This document shows, piece by piece, positions 48,330 through 61,490 of a stretch of 64,000 bases of DNA; position 1 is the first letter of the stretch, and each line of letters starts with the position of its first letter. Position numbers and translations under genes: made by a program. Source of the stretch: Octopus sinensis (lineage: Eukaryota); contig NC_043026.1 in assembly GCF_006345805.1 (NCBI RefSeq), positions 620,001 through 684,000 on the forward strand, read 5' to 3'. The notes under the pieces were generated by a model. It made no database searches, had not been told where the DNA came from, and was given only the letters and a program-made list of their open reading frames with translations.

Positions 48330-49963
48330 TGATTTTTTATTACGCACTAAGGGCTACATAGAGGGGATGCTACAAACATTGGGGACATAGAACATCACAA
48401 TTACATAGTTATGGGTAAAATGACTCAATGAAAATGATATATGAAAGTGGTGCTAACGGCCCCATCCGCTAGCATCACTTACCTGTTCTTCAGTCTTGCT
48501 CAGCCCTAATAAAATATGTCTTCACCTCTATCCTTCTCTCAAATCTCTCTTCCAATTCTTTTATCTCTTCCTACATATCCACTTCAATTATTCCCCAGTT
48601 CATCCTTTCGCACCTTTCCATAAACTCATCCAATTGTTCCTTTGGAATTACTGCACATCTTTTCCCTCCCCCATCACACCATTGGTAGTCCGTCATTGTC
48701 TCTTTTATCTCCTCATTTCCTGCAATACATAAAACGCTGGGCCTGGGTTCTTTTTTAGTGTCTTGACTGTGTGTATCTTTTTTCTGTTTTCTTGTTGGTG
48801 GGGAGTGGGTGGGTTCACTGTCTGCAGGGGAAGGGTGGGACTCAGAGGGTGAGGGTGGTTTTGGGGTGGATTGGGGTTCCGTACTGTTTGCTTTTCTCCT
48901 TCTTCTCTTTCTTCTTTTGCTTCCTTCTTCCCACTCTTGCTGGATCTCCTCTTCTTCTGTATGGTTCTCTTCTTCTTTCGTTTCTTCCTCTTTTTGGGGT
49001 TCCGCAACGATTTCCTTTTCCTTTGGTGGGGGAGGGCAGTTGGCTCTTATGTGGCCTCTCTGACCACACTTATAACAGCGCGGGGCCCTGCCCTCCACCC
49101 ACACTCTCATGATGATGTTTCCCATTCTTATATCTTCTGTTAATCCTTCTAGCGTTTTGATCTCCGCCTGTACGTTCATGTCCAGGGTAGCACCCCTCCA
49201 GCCTTCATATTTTATGGTGGCATGGAGGATGTCTACCTTTTCTTCATTTCCTTTAATCACAGCTGCTGCTATATATTCTCCCTCTAGGTGTGGGATAATT
49301 CCCTCCACCCTAATTCTCGTAGTTCTCCTGTTTAGGTACGAAGGTAGTAGGTACACCTTCTCCGTTCTTACTGCCTTGGCTGCCATTTTTCTTGCGACAC
49401 TCTCGCTCCTATATTGCACCGTCGCTGTACCGTATTCCATTCCTCTTGTCAAATAAACAATTTCCTCCTCTGTCTGTTTTAGCACCTCTTCAATAATTTC
49501 CATGCTTACTATTTCAATTCTTTTCCTTCCATTTGCGTACGCTCTATATTTGACGGTCCTGCGTTCGAACCACTCCCCACGCTTTGTTGGTGGTGACAGT
49601 TCGACTACACCGTCTTCGTCTTTCATAAATTCCTGGAAACCTGGCAGTTTAACCAGGTCTATCTCTTTTTCTTCCGACTTCTTATTCGTTACACCTGCAT
49701 ACGTATTTTCAAGCTTCTTATCCATTCTTTTCACTGCTCTTTCTAGTTCCTCCTCAGACGTTGACAATTCCGACAAACTTTCAAACAAATTTTTTCCTGC
49801 CATCTCTCCCGTTAGAGAGGGGCAGTCCCTTTACTCCCTGTCTGTCTCAACACAGACAGACAACGATAAAAAAAAACCTCAAACTGAAACGTTCAACAAC
49901 AACAACAAATTCGACGCTCAACGAACAGTCAGCAGCTCGCAAAAAAACAACCACTCCAAACCG
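48330..49963 (-). mobile_element. ORF1-only (HAL1-like) Tx1-clade element, 1.63 kb
   Basis: Intact ORF1, no ORF2, AATAAA+A tail at the 3' end, imperfect 17-bp TSD. Confidence 0.8.
48571..49803 (-). CDS. Tx1-type ORF1, 410 aa, CCHC zinc knuckle
   Basis: GRAPRCYKCGQRGHIRANC; LLPSYLNRRTTRIRVEGI matches MIPIYLNKRVTKVQIKNI of the 5816-7824 ORF1. Confidence 0.85.
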   Translation of the reverse strand: MAGKNLFESLSELSTSEEELERAVKRMDKKLENTYAGVTNKKSEEKEIDLVKLPGFQEFMKDEDGVVELSPPTKRGEWFERRTVKYRAYANGRKRIEIVSMEIIEEVLKQTEEEIVYLTRGMEYGTATVQYRSESVARKMAAKAVRTEKVYLLPSYLNRRTTRIRVEGIIPHLEGEYIAAAVIKGNEEKVDILHATIKYEGWRGATLDMNVQAEIKTLEGLTEDIRMGNIIMRVWVEGRAPRCYKCGQRGHIRANCPPPPKEKEIVAEPQKEEETKEEENHTEEEEIQQEWEEGSKRRKRRRRKANSTEPQSTPKPPSPSESHPSPADSEPTHSPPTRKQKKDTHSQDTKKEPRPSVLCIAGNEEIKETMTDYQWCDGGGKRCAVIPKEQLDEFMERCERMNWGIIEVDM

Positions 49964-50598
49964 GTGTCAGCCGTTTACTGACAGACTTGTCAAAATTCTC
50001 CCTTTAAATACCTGACCCCGAGGCTCCAGCAGGAAACAGCAGAAAGTTGTCACGTGACACTGTCTCACCATAACTGACTAGTGAAGGTGCGTAGTTTTAG
50101 CTCGCGCATTCTCAAAACGACCGTCACCTGTCAGTCAGCGAAGCTGATTCAGTGTCAGCTTGTCTCACCTAATGATGTTATTTCCCGCCGGCACGTTATG
50201 ACTTTCAAGACATTTTCGGTCTTCCCGCTGTACGTATTCCTGTTTCTTTCAAAACATCAATATGAAGTAGTCATTGACATCCGCATGCGCAGGCCTATTT
50301 AGCCTCGGTATAGAAAAACAGTGATTAACAAATCACCAGCGTTGCTGTTAGTCAAGAGGCAGGATATATTTCATTATTACGGGCGGAAGCAGTATTAGTT
50401 CAAATTTGCATTCCGTATATTATAATAAATGAAGATATAATGTTGAAAGCCTGGAGATGCGTTGTTCATCCCCAGAAAGTGTCGCGTCGAAATGTATAGT
50501 GTTAAAATTTATCTATAGCGTACGTAAAGTGACTTTTTTTTAACACTATAGGTCTCTACATAACAAAATAAAAGAAGATGAAATATATATTTGCATAC

Positions 50599-50762
50599 TG
50601 ATATCCCTCAATTGAGAATTGAACTCCGGTGGCTGAAGCTAGGTCGTTCCACGGTGAATTTTTCAACTTTTCGTGAGAGAACCAGCTTTGAAGGTTTGTA
50701 TTTCGTCCATCAAATATTATAGTTACCACATCTGTTTGGTTTTTATAAATCACCACTTTCAC
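50599..50762 (-). CDS. Copy D exon 3 (orphan; possibly pseudogene)
   Basis: ttttacag|GTG..TAT CA|gtatgc; same 164-bp length and phases as A exon 3; 32/54 aa identical (hand count). Confidence 0.75.
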
Positions 50763-51011
50763 CTGTAAAATGAATGAGCATGTAGCACACACATACAACC
50801 ACATACGCTTACAACCACACACGCACGCACATACACACATAATAAAAAGAAATGGATCAAGTTAAATAGATCGAGGTAATTCAATATGTATTTCCTTCAC
50901 TGTTAGCTTAATGTCCACTCTCATTTTTACTTCGTAATTCTCTGTTTAACATGCGAAATTAATGACTTTGATTGGTCACTCGCTCCATACGTATGTTTTT
51001 TTTTCCTGCCT

Positions 51012-51230
51012 TTAACCCTCCAACGCGGAGTATAGGCCACTTAGAGTTGAATTCCATGTCGCATAATTTTTCACTTCTGTACTTATACTCTGCCATGAAT
51101 GTCTCCCTTTCTCTAGTTCCTTCTGTGTTGATCTACGCCATGAGTTCTTAGGCCTACCTTTCTTTCCAAATCCATCCGGATTACACTGTAAAGCACTTTT
51201 CACTACATTTGGTGTCTGTCTGTATGTGTG
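51012..51230 (-). mobile_element. RTE LINE 3' fragment
   Basis: [20 protein letters not shown]...W..LYS* is typical of the RTE C-terminus. Confidence 0.65.
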
Positions 51231-51307
51231 TATATACATATGTATGTATGTATATACATACATACATACATACATACATACATACATACATACATACATA
51301 CATGCAT

Positions 51308-51408
<101 letters not shown>

Positions 51409-51420
51409 CATACATACATA

Positions 51421-51636
51421 AGCTCTGTCAAACCTGAAATGAAAAAAGCAGTTCACAAAGTTGCAAATCACTTCAAAACGAAGTATGGAATTGATGCTGA
51501 ACCAGTCCGTATGTCACAGATGAAGTACAGCTTTGAGATCTGGTGTGCTAAACTTTCTGTTAAATCTGAAGATCATGATCCTCTAAGTACATTCTGTTAC
51601 TTTATGACCCATGGTCAATATTCCATAAATCCGGTT
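51421..51636 (+). pseudogene. FAAH2: Fatty-acid amide hydrolase 2-like internal fragment
   Basis: [48 protein letters not shown] resembles FAAH2 SKVDQDLIMTQKKVVVHLETILGASVQHVKLKKMKYSFQLWIAMMSAK (recalled sequence); no other FAAH2 part recognised. Confidence 0.65.
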
Positions 51637-52400
51637 AAAAAAAAAAATCTGACCTAGGTAAATTAAGTAAACTTATTTTAGATAAATATATTAATAAATT
51701 AAATAAACTTAATTACTTAAAATTATGGTTTAGTAATAATAATACTTTGAATTGGTTTAATAATATTAAAGATAAAAATCGTTATAAATTTATTCAAATA
51801 GATATAGATAATTACTAATCTTCTATTAATGAAATTGTGCTTAATAAGGCCCTTATTTTTGCAATGAATAAAGTGGGAATGACATTTGAAGAAGTTAATG
51901 TAATTAAAATGGCTAGGAAATCGCTCATTAAATATAAAAATAAATTATGGGCTAGGAAAGATACTAGGGATTTTTTTGATATACCTATGGGAGCACCTGA
52001 TTCTGCACAAGCTACGGATTTAGTAGGTATTTATCTTTTATCTGAACTCCAATTAGAAAATTTAAAGATAGAGGGTGGTTTATATAGGGATGACCTTCTA
52101 CTAATTACTAAGAATTGCACTAATAGGAACCTAGAAGTATATAAGAAAAAACTTTATAGTTTCTTTAAAAGATATGGTTTAAGTATCACTATATATAATG
52201 AGAATTTGAATGTTAATTATTTAGATGTTAATTTTAATCTAATTACAGGTAAAACACAACCATATCATAAACTTAATGAGAACCTTAGATATATAAATGT
52301 TAATAGTAATCACCCACCATCAATTAAAAAATCGTTGATTAATAATATAAGTAAATGTATATCATTACTTTCTTTTTTATTTTATTTTTTATTTTTTTTT

Positions 52401-52777
52401 GTACTTGTTTCAGTCATTTGACTGCGGCCATGCTGGAGCACCGCCTTTTAGTCGAGCAAATCGACCCCGGGACTTATTCTTTTGTAAGCCCAGTACTTAT
52501 TCTATCGGTCTCTTTTGCCGAACCGCTAAGTGACGGGGACGTAAACACACCAGCATCGGTTATCAAGCAATGCTAGGGGGACAAACACAGACACACAAAC
52601 ATTAATATATACATATATGCGACAGGCTTCTTTCAGTTTCCGTCTACCAAATCCACTCACAAGGCATTGGTCGGCCCGGGGCTATAGCAGAAGACACTTA
52701 CCCAAGGTGCCACGCAGTGGGACTGAACCCGGAACCATGTGGTTGGTTAGCAAGCTACTTACCACACAGCCACTCCT
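52401..52777 (-). mobile_element. SINE (family 3) inserted in the Penelope RT thumb
   Basis: Reverse complement of 62873-63270; the RT peptide resumes after it (EIFNKHAPYY). Confidence 0.9.
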
Positions 52778-53005
52778 TAGAGATTTTTAATAAACATGCT
52801 CCTTATTATAATGAGGCCCTTAGAGAAGCAGGTTATAATAGTAATATTAAATTTTATATTAAAAATAATGATAAAGATATAACTAATAATTTTAGAGATA
52901 AAAATATTAATAATAATTATAATAATTTTGTTAGTAATAGTGGTAAAAATATTAGAAATTATAAAAATAAAAATAATATAAATAAAAATAAGAATAAAAA
53001 AAAAT

Positions 53006-53036
<31 letters not shown>

Positions 53037-53458
53037 TAAAAATAAAATTAATAACTTTAATAATTCTTTAAATGTTGTATATAAATATAAATCTGATAAT
53101 AATAATAATATTAATATGATAAAGAAATATAATTACAACAATAATAATGACAGTTTTAATAATAAGAAGGTAAATAAGAATAAAATTTGGTTAATAGTTC
53201 CTTATGGTGCTCAAGTTAAAACGAACATTATTAAAGAGATTTTAGATATTATTGAACTATTTATTCGAGATAATCGTAAATATAAAAACATTTTCTCTAG
53301 TAATAATTTTGGAGTAGGTTATTCCACCACTAATAGTGTAGGTAACATTATTTCTTCTTTTAACAAATTTAAACTGAATAATTTTTATAAAAATTAACTG
53401 TACATGTAGAGATAAATCTAAATGTAAATTAAATAATAAATGTGATATTAATGATGTA

Positions 53459-53851
53459 GTGTATAAATGTATAGTTACATTACATGATAAGAATATTAAG
53501 AATAATAATAACTCAAACGCGATATATATAGGGTCCACTTCCTCTAAAATAAAATTAAGAATCGCACAACATTTGAATTCATTTAAAAATAAAAACTTAA
53601 TCAACTCCACTGGACTTAGCAAGTACACTTGGAGACTTAAATCCCAAAATATTAATTATAATTTATCTTGGGAAACAATTAGTAAAACTAAATCATATAC
53701 TATAGGAGCGAATTTTTGTTATTTGTGCTCTAATGAGTTTAAGGAAATTTTATTTTATAAGCATGATAATTTATTGAATACCTGTGATGAGCGCAAAATA
53801 AAATGCAGACACAAGTTACTTTACTTATATAATAAGTTTCTTGATAAATAA
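53459..53851 (+). CDS. GIY-YIG endonuclease domain of the Penelope-like element
   Basis: VYKC..AIYIGST..RIAQHLNSF..LSKY.W..CYLC..E. Confidence 0.8.
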   Translation: MYKCIVTLHDKNIKNNNNSNAIYIGSTSSKIKLRIAQHLNSFKNKNLINSTGLSKYTWRLKSQNINYNLSWETISKTKSYTIGANFCYLCSNEFKEILFYKHDNLLNTCDERKIKCRHKLLYLYNKFLDK

Positions 53852-54380
53852 TAATTATTTATTAGCCTTAATTAGCTCCATATTTATTGGTTTATGTTCT
53901 AGTATTATAAATATACTAAGTGATTTGTAGTACATATTATAATAGTTTATTTTAGTTATTTAGGTTCTGTTTTTAATTATAGTTAGATTATAGATGGTTT
54001 TTCATTGTATTAATAAATATTTTATTACTGAATAATAAATATTTAATGGTTTATTGAATATTGAGTCTGGTAAGTTACAATTTTATTTATTTTATAAATT
54101 TTGTTAAATTTTTGTTATATTTCTATTATAATTTCGTTGAATTATAATTTTGTTATATTAATCTATTTGTATGTAATCTCTTTATATTTGAAATAGTTTT
54201 ATTTAGTTGTTTACTTAATCCATTTTATTTAATATAGAAGTATAGATTAGTAGATTAACTTTTTAGATTTAACTTAATATTTACCTCTATTATGTATTGT
54301 AGTATGATTATAGACATTTATATATATATTTATTTATAATTTATGCGGATGTGTGTGTTTGTATATATGTGTATTTGATG

Positions 54381-54440
<60 letters not shown>

Positions 54441-55352
54441 GCATTTATTTATTTGTATGTGTGTGGGTGTGTATATATTGGTGTAAGTGTATATATTGAG
54501 TATTGTATGTATGTACATGTATGTATGAGTGTGCATATGTGTATGGGTGTAAGTGTGTGTATATATGTGCGTATATATGTATATGAATGTATGTGAGTAT
54601 GTATGTGTATATGTGTATGTATATGTATGTATATGTGTATATGTGTATATATGTATATGTATATGTATGGATATTTTCTTATATATTTATGTATACGTAT
54701 GTATGGTTATACTATAAATTTTGATTAGTATATATAGATTTGTTATGATCACTAATTTTAGCATATGATATAAGGGTATGTGAAATATTTTATTATATGT
54801 AGTGGGGTTACTATATAAATTTATTTTTATGTATTTATTAATCTTATAGATTTTTAGAATATATTTAATAATAAGTGGTTTTTAATCATTTAATTTATTT
54901 TGTATTAAGTTTCATTTATCATAGTTATTTTATCAATAAATATTATAGTATAGAGAGATTTTATTCTTTATTTGTGAATTCATTCTTTTTACAACGATAA
55001 ACATATAATTTTCCATTCATAATCTTTAATTAACGTAGGTTCCTCACGCGCAAAGAATTCCTCAACAATTTATTCTATTTTTTTTGCTAATAACGTAATT
55101 CCTTGAGTATTCTTTTAAACGCTGTATAAGACGTTTTTTGATTCAAAATTATAGTTCATTGTTTAAAACTCGCCAAGAAAAGTATGTATCTTTTAAGATC
55201 TTCAAATTGCTAATTTTTAATATTGTATAAGCCTTTGGAGTAATAATATTCTCCTTATGTAAATATTGTTGTTTATGTAATGATCTAATTATCGTAATTT
55301 TCTATGTTATTAGATATTAAATAAATTAGATAAACTTTGATAAAATTAGATA

Positions 55353-56260
55353 GTTTTCGACTAAAGATGGTTTAGGCCATGTCGAATTTAATAGCATAAT
55401 TTATATTAGATAATTATTCCCATTCATAATTATGTTTATAGTACTTATAGTATTTATTTAATACTATATTACTAAGAATGGAATATTTCTATAAGTATGT
55501 GGCTGTGTATCTGCGGCTACTGGATGTTGTTTCTCCTCTGTGTTAGTGTCTTGCTGTGTGCATACGTTCATGAATGAGTGATTGTATGTGTGTGTGTGCG
55601 AGTATGCATAAGTAATGTGTAGAAGTATAGGGCTGCATTATAAAATATATCCGTGTCTATATGTATACGTGTATGTATAGATATATATATATGTGTGTGT
55701 GTGTGTTTGTGTACGTATTTATATATGTTTATATACATACATATATATATGAGCGTGAGCATGTATATATATTTTTTGTATTTTGAAATTAGCTATTTCA
55801 TCTTTAAATGTTTCGACTAAAGATGGTTTAGGCCATGTCTAATTTAATAGCATAATTTATATTAGATAATTATTCCCATTCATAATTATGTTTATAGTAC
55901 TTATAGTATTTATTTAATAATATATTACTAGGAATGGAATATTTCTATAAGTATGTGGTTGAATATCTGCGGCTACTGGATGTTGTTTCTCCTCTGTGTT
56001 AGTGTCTTGCTGAGTGCATACGTTCATGAATGAGTGATTGTATGTGTGTGTGTGTGCGAGTATGCATAAGTAATGTGTAGAAGTATAGGGCTGCATTATA
56101 AAATATATCCGTGTCTATATGTATATGTGTATGTATAGATATATATGTGAGTGTGTGTGATTGTGTACGTATTTATATATGTTTATATACATACATATAT
56201 ATATGATTGTGAGCATGTATATATATTTTTTGTAGTTTGAAATTAGCTATTTCATCTTTA
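55353..56260 (+). repeat. 456-bp tandem duplication within the pLTR
   Basis: TTTCGACTAAAGATGGTTTAGGCC at ~55353 and ~55809, with colinear downstream sequence. Confidence 0.85.
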
Positions 56261-56590
56261 AATATGAGAAATTAAATATATTAGGTTTTCATTATATACA
56301 ATCGTTTATAGAGATTATTTTAGATCTTGATTATAATATTTATTTATATATATTTTCATTGATAATTTATATATATTAGTCATTTCAAATATCTATATAA
56401 GTAGATATAGACTAATATGGATATTAGAATATGGATTTTCTACCTTATAAATTAAAGTTAATATTTAACATTATAGTCGATTTCGATGTAATCATATTTA
56501 ATAATAGAGTTTATTATAAGTAAATTATTATTTTAGATTATATAGATTATTTATATCTTAAAAATATTGATTATATTTTAGATTCTGAAA

Positions 56591-56653
56591 CCACCTGATG
56601 AATGTCTACTACTCATAGATTTGATGACTGAAGACACGAAACGATCGTAGTGG
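56591..56653 (+). ncRNA. Minimal type I hammerhead ribozyme
   Basis: Stem I CCAC/GTGG, CTGATGA 56595-56601, stem II TGTCT/AGACA, GAAA 56638-56641, palindromic ACGATCGT stem III, GUA site 56647-56649. Confidence 0.75.
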
Positions 56654-56906
56654 AAATTAATAATTGTTACATTTCTAAATAATATAAATTAATTTATGTA
56701 TTGGCTTAAGTCTTTCTTTGTTTGATTTGCATAATAGTGGTTTTGTCTCTAATTTAATATAATATAATATTTTACTATAAAATTTGATTCAATCCTAAAT
56801 CTGATTTTTCCCTGTAAGTTTGGATTTATTCCCTAATATTTATTATTATATATATATATATAAATATAAATATATATATATGTATATATATATATGTATA
56901 TATATG

Positions 56907-56996
<90 letters not shown>

Positions 56997-57170
56997 ATAT
57001 ATAGATATAGATATATATAAGTAGGTGAATGAATTATCCTATGTTTATCGTCAGCATGGAAAATTCGTTTAACCGAAACCTGGGTAGCAAATTCACGTCA
57101 GAAAAATGTGTCGAGAGTAAAGGAATTTTGTTAACATCTTCGTTCGACTCAATTCTTTCATTTATTCATA

Positions 57171-57276
<106 letters not shown>

Positions 57277-57405
57277 CAGGGTGTCCCAAAAAATGTATAC
57301 ACATAGTGGTTCGGCAAAGAGAACGATAGAATAAGTACTAGGCTTACAAAGAATGACAAATTTACAATTATTTAAGGCGTGTATACATTTTTTTGGGAGA
57401 CCCTG
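57277..57405. mobile_element. Short Tc1/mariner MITE with internal SINE piece
   Basis: TA|CAGGGTGTCCCAAAAAATGTATACAC ... GTGTATACATTTTTTTGGGAGACCCTG|TA. Confidence 0.75.
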
Positions 57406-57577
57406 TATATATATATATACGTATATATATGTTTATATATATATATACATATACATATACATATACATATATATACATATATATATACGTATATATATGT
57501 ATATATATATACATATACATACACATACATATACATATATATAATATATATACATATATATATATATATGTATATAC

Positions 57578-57624
<47 letters not shown>

Positions 57625-57751
57625 CATATATATATATATGTATATATATAATATATATATATATAATATATATATCATTTAAAGAAATTCCAACTTTGTT
57701 TTTTATGCTTTATTTATATTTTTTATAATATTAATGTAGAATATAGAATAA

Positions 57752-58074
57752 GTGTCACGTGACAACTTGTTTGGGCTGCCTGCTGGAGCCTAGCGGCAGG
57801 TATTTAAAGGGAAAAAATTGACAAGTCAGTCAGTCAGTCACCGGCTGACACTCGCTGAAGATACATCGAAGAGGCCAGGGAACAGAAGAAAGAAGACATG
57901 CACCCAACACCAGAGCTGAAGACACCTCCGGAAGTGGGGGACCCGCCACGTCAAAACGGTAGAGAAGTAGGGGGCCGAAACTGGACATGGTTCCTCCTGA
58001 TAATGTCTTAAGCTAACCGGATTCCTATAAAGGAGCTGTTGTGGTAGCAAACCACGAAACACGGTTGTAATTCC
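57752..58074 (+). mobile_element. Uninterrupted ~320-bp LTR-like repeat
   Basis: Starts TGTCACGTGACA, has GTATTTAAAG followed by TCAGT repeats; empty-site version of 48089-50060; no clear ..CA end. Confidence 0.6.
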
Positions 58075-58195
58075 CTATAAAGTAAAATGAAATGAAGTAT
58101 TGATTGTCTTATTGAATAGATGAAATGTTGAATATAAACTATTTGGGACTAGTATACTTTCTTGCGTTATATATATATATATACTTATATATATG

Positions 58196-58302
<107 letters not shown>

Positions 58303-58878
58303 TATATAGATAGATAGATAGATAGGTAGATAGATAGATATAGATATATATATGTGTTTATATGTATGTAGTATACATATATATGTTTGTATGTATGTAT
58401 GTATATGTTTGTGTGTATGCGTTTGTCACTCTAACATCGCTTAACAACCGATGCTGGTGTGTTTACGTCCCCGTAACTTATCCACATATACATTGTAGAT
58501 AAAAAGAAAGAAAAAAGAAAGAAAGGAGAAATGAATTTTCTGCAAGGGAAGTAAATTGGTGAGGGCCATAGGAGGGATTAATTTACGTTAAGTTTAAGAC
58601 GAGGGAAGGGTACCAGGAACGGAGATGAAAAAAAAAAGGGAAAAACGCAGGCGGATGTTGTAGCCATAAATACATTGACTTAACAAAAGATGAGATGGCC
58701 ACATTTGGAATTATGTAAGTCATAGATCAGAGTTGATCTGGTGTTTGAGGAACTTCACAAACTCTTGCTCACTTCACAATGTAAACACACACACTAATCT
58801 TAACATCTATATCCCCTTATCATAATACATACGTTCACAGGCAAAACAGAATGCGATAGAAAAAAATTAAACACTTAC

Positions 58879-59432
58879 TTTCACTGGGGTTGAGGGCCGC
58901 CCCTACGCTCTTTAGGTGGTTATGTGAGGGGCTGATGACAGGATTGTTCATTAATGGCACAGCTTTTCTCTGCCCTTCCTGCCGTCTTCTACTGTCAATA
59001 TTTTCTTCTATTACCAACAATAGAGTCTACAGATATCTAGGTTCTTCACAAATGCCAGTCCTGTCCACTGCTCCAAGTCCTATGTTTTCTTATCAGCATT
59101 ACTTACAGATTCTGGTATGGCCCTAAATGAATAAAACACAGAGGCTGTCCACTGCTGTCAGTACCATCCCATCAGATAAAGCTCGTTTACTTGTATGCCA
59201 GTATTTCTCTACTGAAGTGAAAACAAAAGCTTTTCAAAACGCCTCGTTTGCTCGTTATGTAGGAGAAAGTCCTTGAATTAAGAAAGACATGCGCTTCACA
59301 AAAGATATAGAAAATACAGCTAAGTAGATACTGAAGGAGTTCTGATGTTAGTAACTTCGTTGCTGCACATCTTGTGATGGTGACGTTATAGTATTAATGC
59401 CAGGTGACTGGATCTTTTGATGCTGGTGTTTC
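58879..59432 (-). promoter_or_regulatory. Conserved upstream block / putative non-coding first exon of copy D
   Basis: Homologous to the A and C blocks; ends GTGAAA|GTAAGT at 58878. Confidence 0.55.
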
Positions 59433-60101
59433 ACGTCGTTCCACTCAAGGCAATTATTGTAGAAATTCATTCAAATCCATCAACAAAGCTGGTGCAATGA
59501 ATACATAGATCTGAACCAGTGCACAATCAGTTTTAACAATCGATATTTGACATATCAAACGATTTTTCTGCATTTTATGACAAATGCAGGCACAAACACA
59601 CCGGCCTCCAACTTTTTCCATTGATCTTACAAACATAAAAAGAACAGTTTTCACCAGTTTCTCACTACATGAAACATGGAAATTTTTTGTTACATGAAAC
59701 ATGGAAATTTTCGGTGCATGTTTATTATAAAGATAACACAAACCCCTACTCACTCAAACATGCACACAGATAGGTGGCGATTCAAAACATCCTGGACATT
59801 GATTTGTAATTCGGTGTTATAATTAATTATGGCTGAGTCTAGGTACACAGATAAGCTATGTATATATGTATCTGGTACTGATGAAGGGTAAGACCCTGAA
59901 ACCAATACTGGTCTACTGGTCCTGCCACCACTGGAAGGGAGGTGTTCGATCCCTAGCGCGCAATATATCGGACACAGATATTGTGTCATGTTACCATGTT
60001 GAGGTGGCAACAAACATTACCCACACGCGCACACATATATATATATACATACATATATGTATACATACATATATACATGCATATATATATATATATGTGT
60101 A

Positions 60102-60139
<38 letters not shown>

Positions 60140-60140
60140 C

Positions 60141-60199
<59 letters not shown>

Positions 60200-61439
60200 G
60201 GTAAGTTATTTCCGAGTTCACAGGGGAAAGAAATTCAATTTAGTAGAATTGAAATGAATTTCTCGCTGTATTACATACATATAGGTTTATGAGACAGAAC
60301 CACCTTCAAGCAACTCAAACAACATTGAACGACATTATCTATGATGGAGAAATATAAGATTAAATTTTATCAAATTAATATCTACAAATACTATTCTAAG
60401 TCATATATTAAATTATATAGACAACGCACGTTTCATGACAATATATCTATCGGTATTGCTGAAATAGAAATTCAATACCATATCAATCCGACTATTTGTG
60501 TATGTGTCTCTTTACTAACGATCAGTTATCAAAATAGCTGATCTGCTGTTGTAATGAATCAGTGTACAATTAAATGAACGATTTGATGATGTACCTGTCT
60601 CTGTGTTCTTTATTATTGTTTGCAAGTTACATTCCTAATAATCTTCATAATCCAGGGAGTTACAGGTCACAAGATATAAAGCGTTGTTGTTAATACCAAA
60701 CCATCATTGACGCTTATTAATACTTGATGAGGCTAGCCGTAACTTGGAATATACCTGAGAGTAACCACGATACCCATCTGGATAATTTTATCCCTATACA
60801 CTCATATAGTTTTCGGCAGGCTGTCTGAAGTATGCGCTCTGAGGGTTCAAATATATGTATGCCACTAGAGTTCCGCTTTGAGTTGGAGTTGAAGTTGTGA
60901 ATTTTTGACTGATTTATCCAAAGTTGCAAGAAGAGTAGGTATGGGTTTAAGTACAAAACGAAAGGTAAACAATTTGACATGCCTTGGTAAGGACACTTAA
61001 TGTAATTTAGTTATATCTCTACCTTATAGCAAAGTAAATTAAATGTCATTGTCAAGTCTTGCAAAATCATTTGTTTCTCCTTTCTACATTAACCTATACA
61101 TACAGAATACAAACACACACACACAAACTCATATTTATATATATATTTATATATTTATATTTATATTTATATATATATATATATATCTATATATATATAT
61201 TATATATATTTATATATATTTATATTTATATTTAAAGTTATATTTATATATATATATATATAAATATTTATATATATAATGTCTATACGCATAAGAATAT
61301 GTATATTACATATGCAAAAATAAACACACACTTCCTCTTCTGCCTCTTATCTCTCTCACACCATGTAGTTTTCTTTGCTTCTTTCTCTCGCTCAACTTCT
61401 CTCAGTTTATCTCTCTCTCACTCTCTCTTACTGTCTCCA

Positions 61440-61490
<51 letters not shown>

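Larger units (their letters stand above)
48089..50060 (-). mobile_element. ~320-bp LTR-like repeat split into 48089-48329 and 49964-50060 by a Tx1 derivative
   Basis: Both halves align with the uninterrupted copy at 57752-58074. Confidence 0.8.
51625..56760 (+). mobile_element. Penelope-like element (RT + GIY-YIG + AT-rich 3' pLTR), disrupted
   Basis: INP..KSDLGKLSKLILD, PMGAPDS, LYRDD, NYLDV, HPPS; SINE insertion; frameshift near 53390; CxC..C..C, YIGST, RI..H. Confidence 0.88.

Noticed and set aside
60780-60945. Degenerate PAN-like frame (VCALR...C...CEF) ending at AG|GTATGG
   Set aside because: Two stops, no similarity to A or C exon 1, and too little signal.
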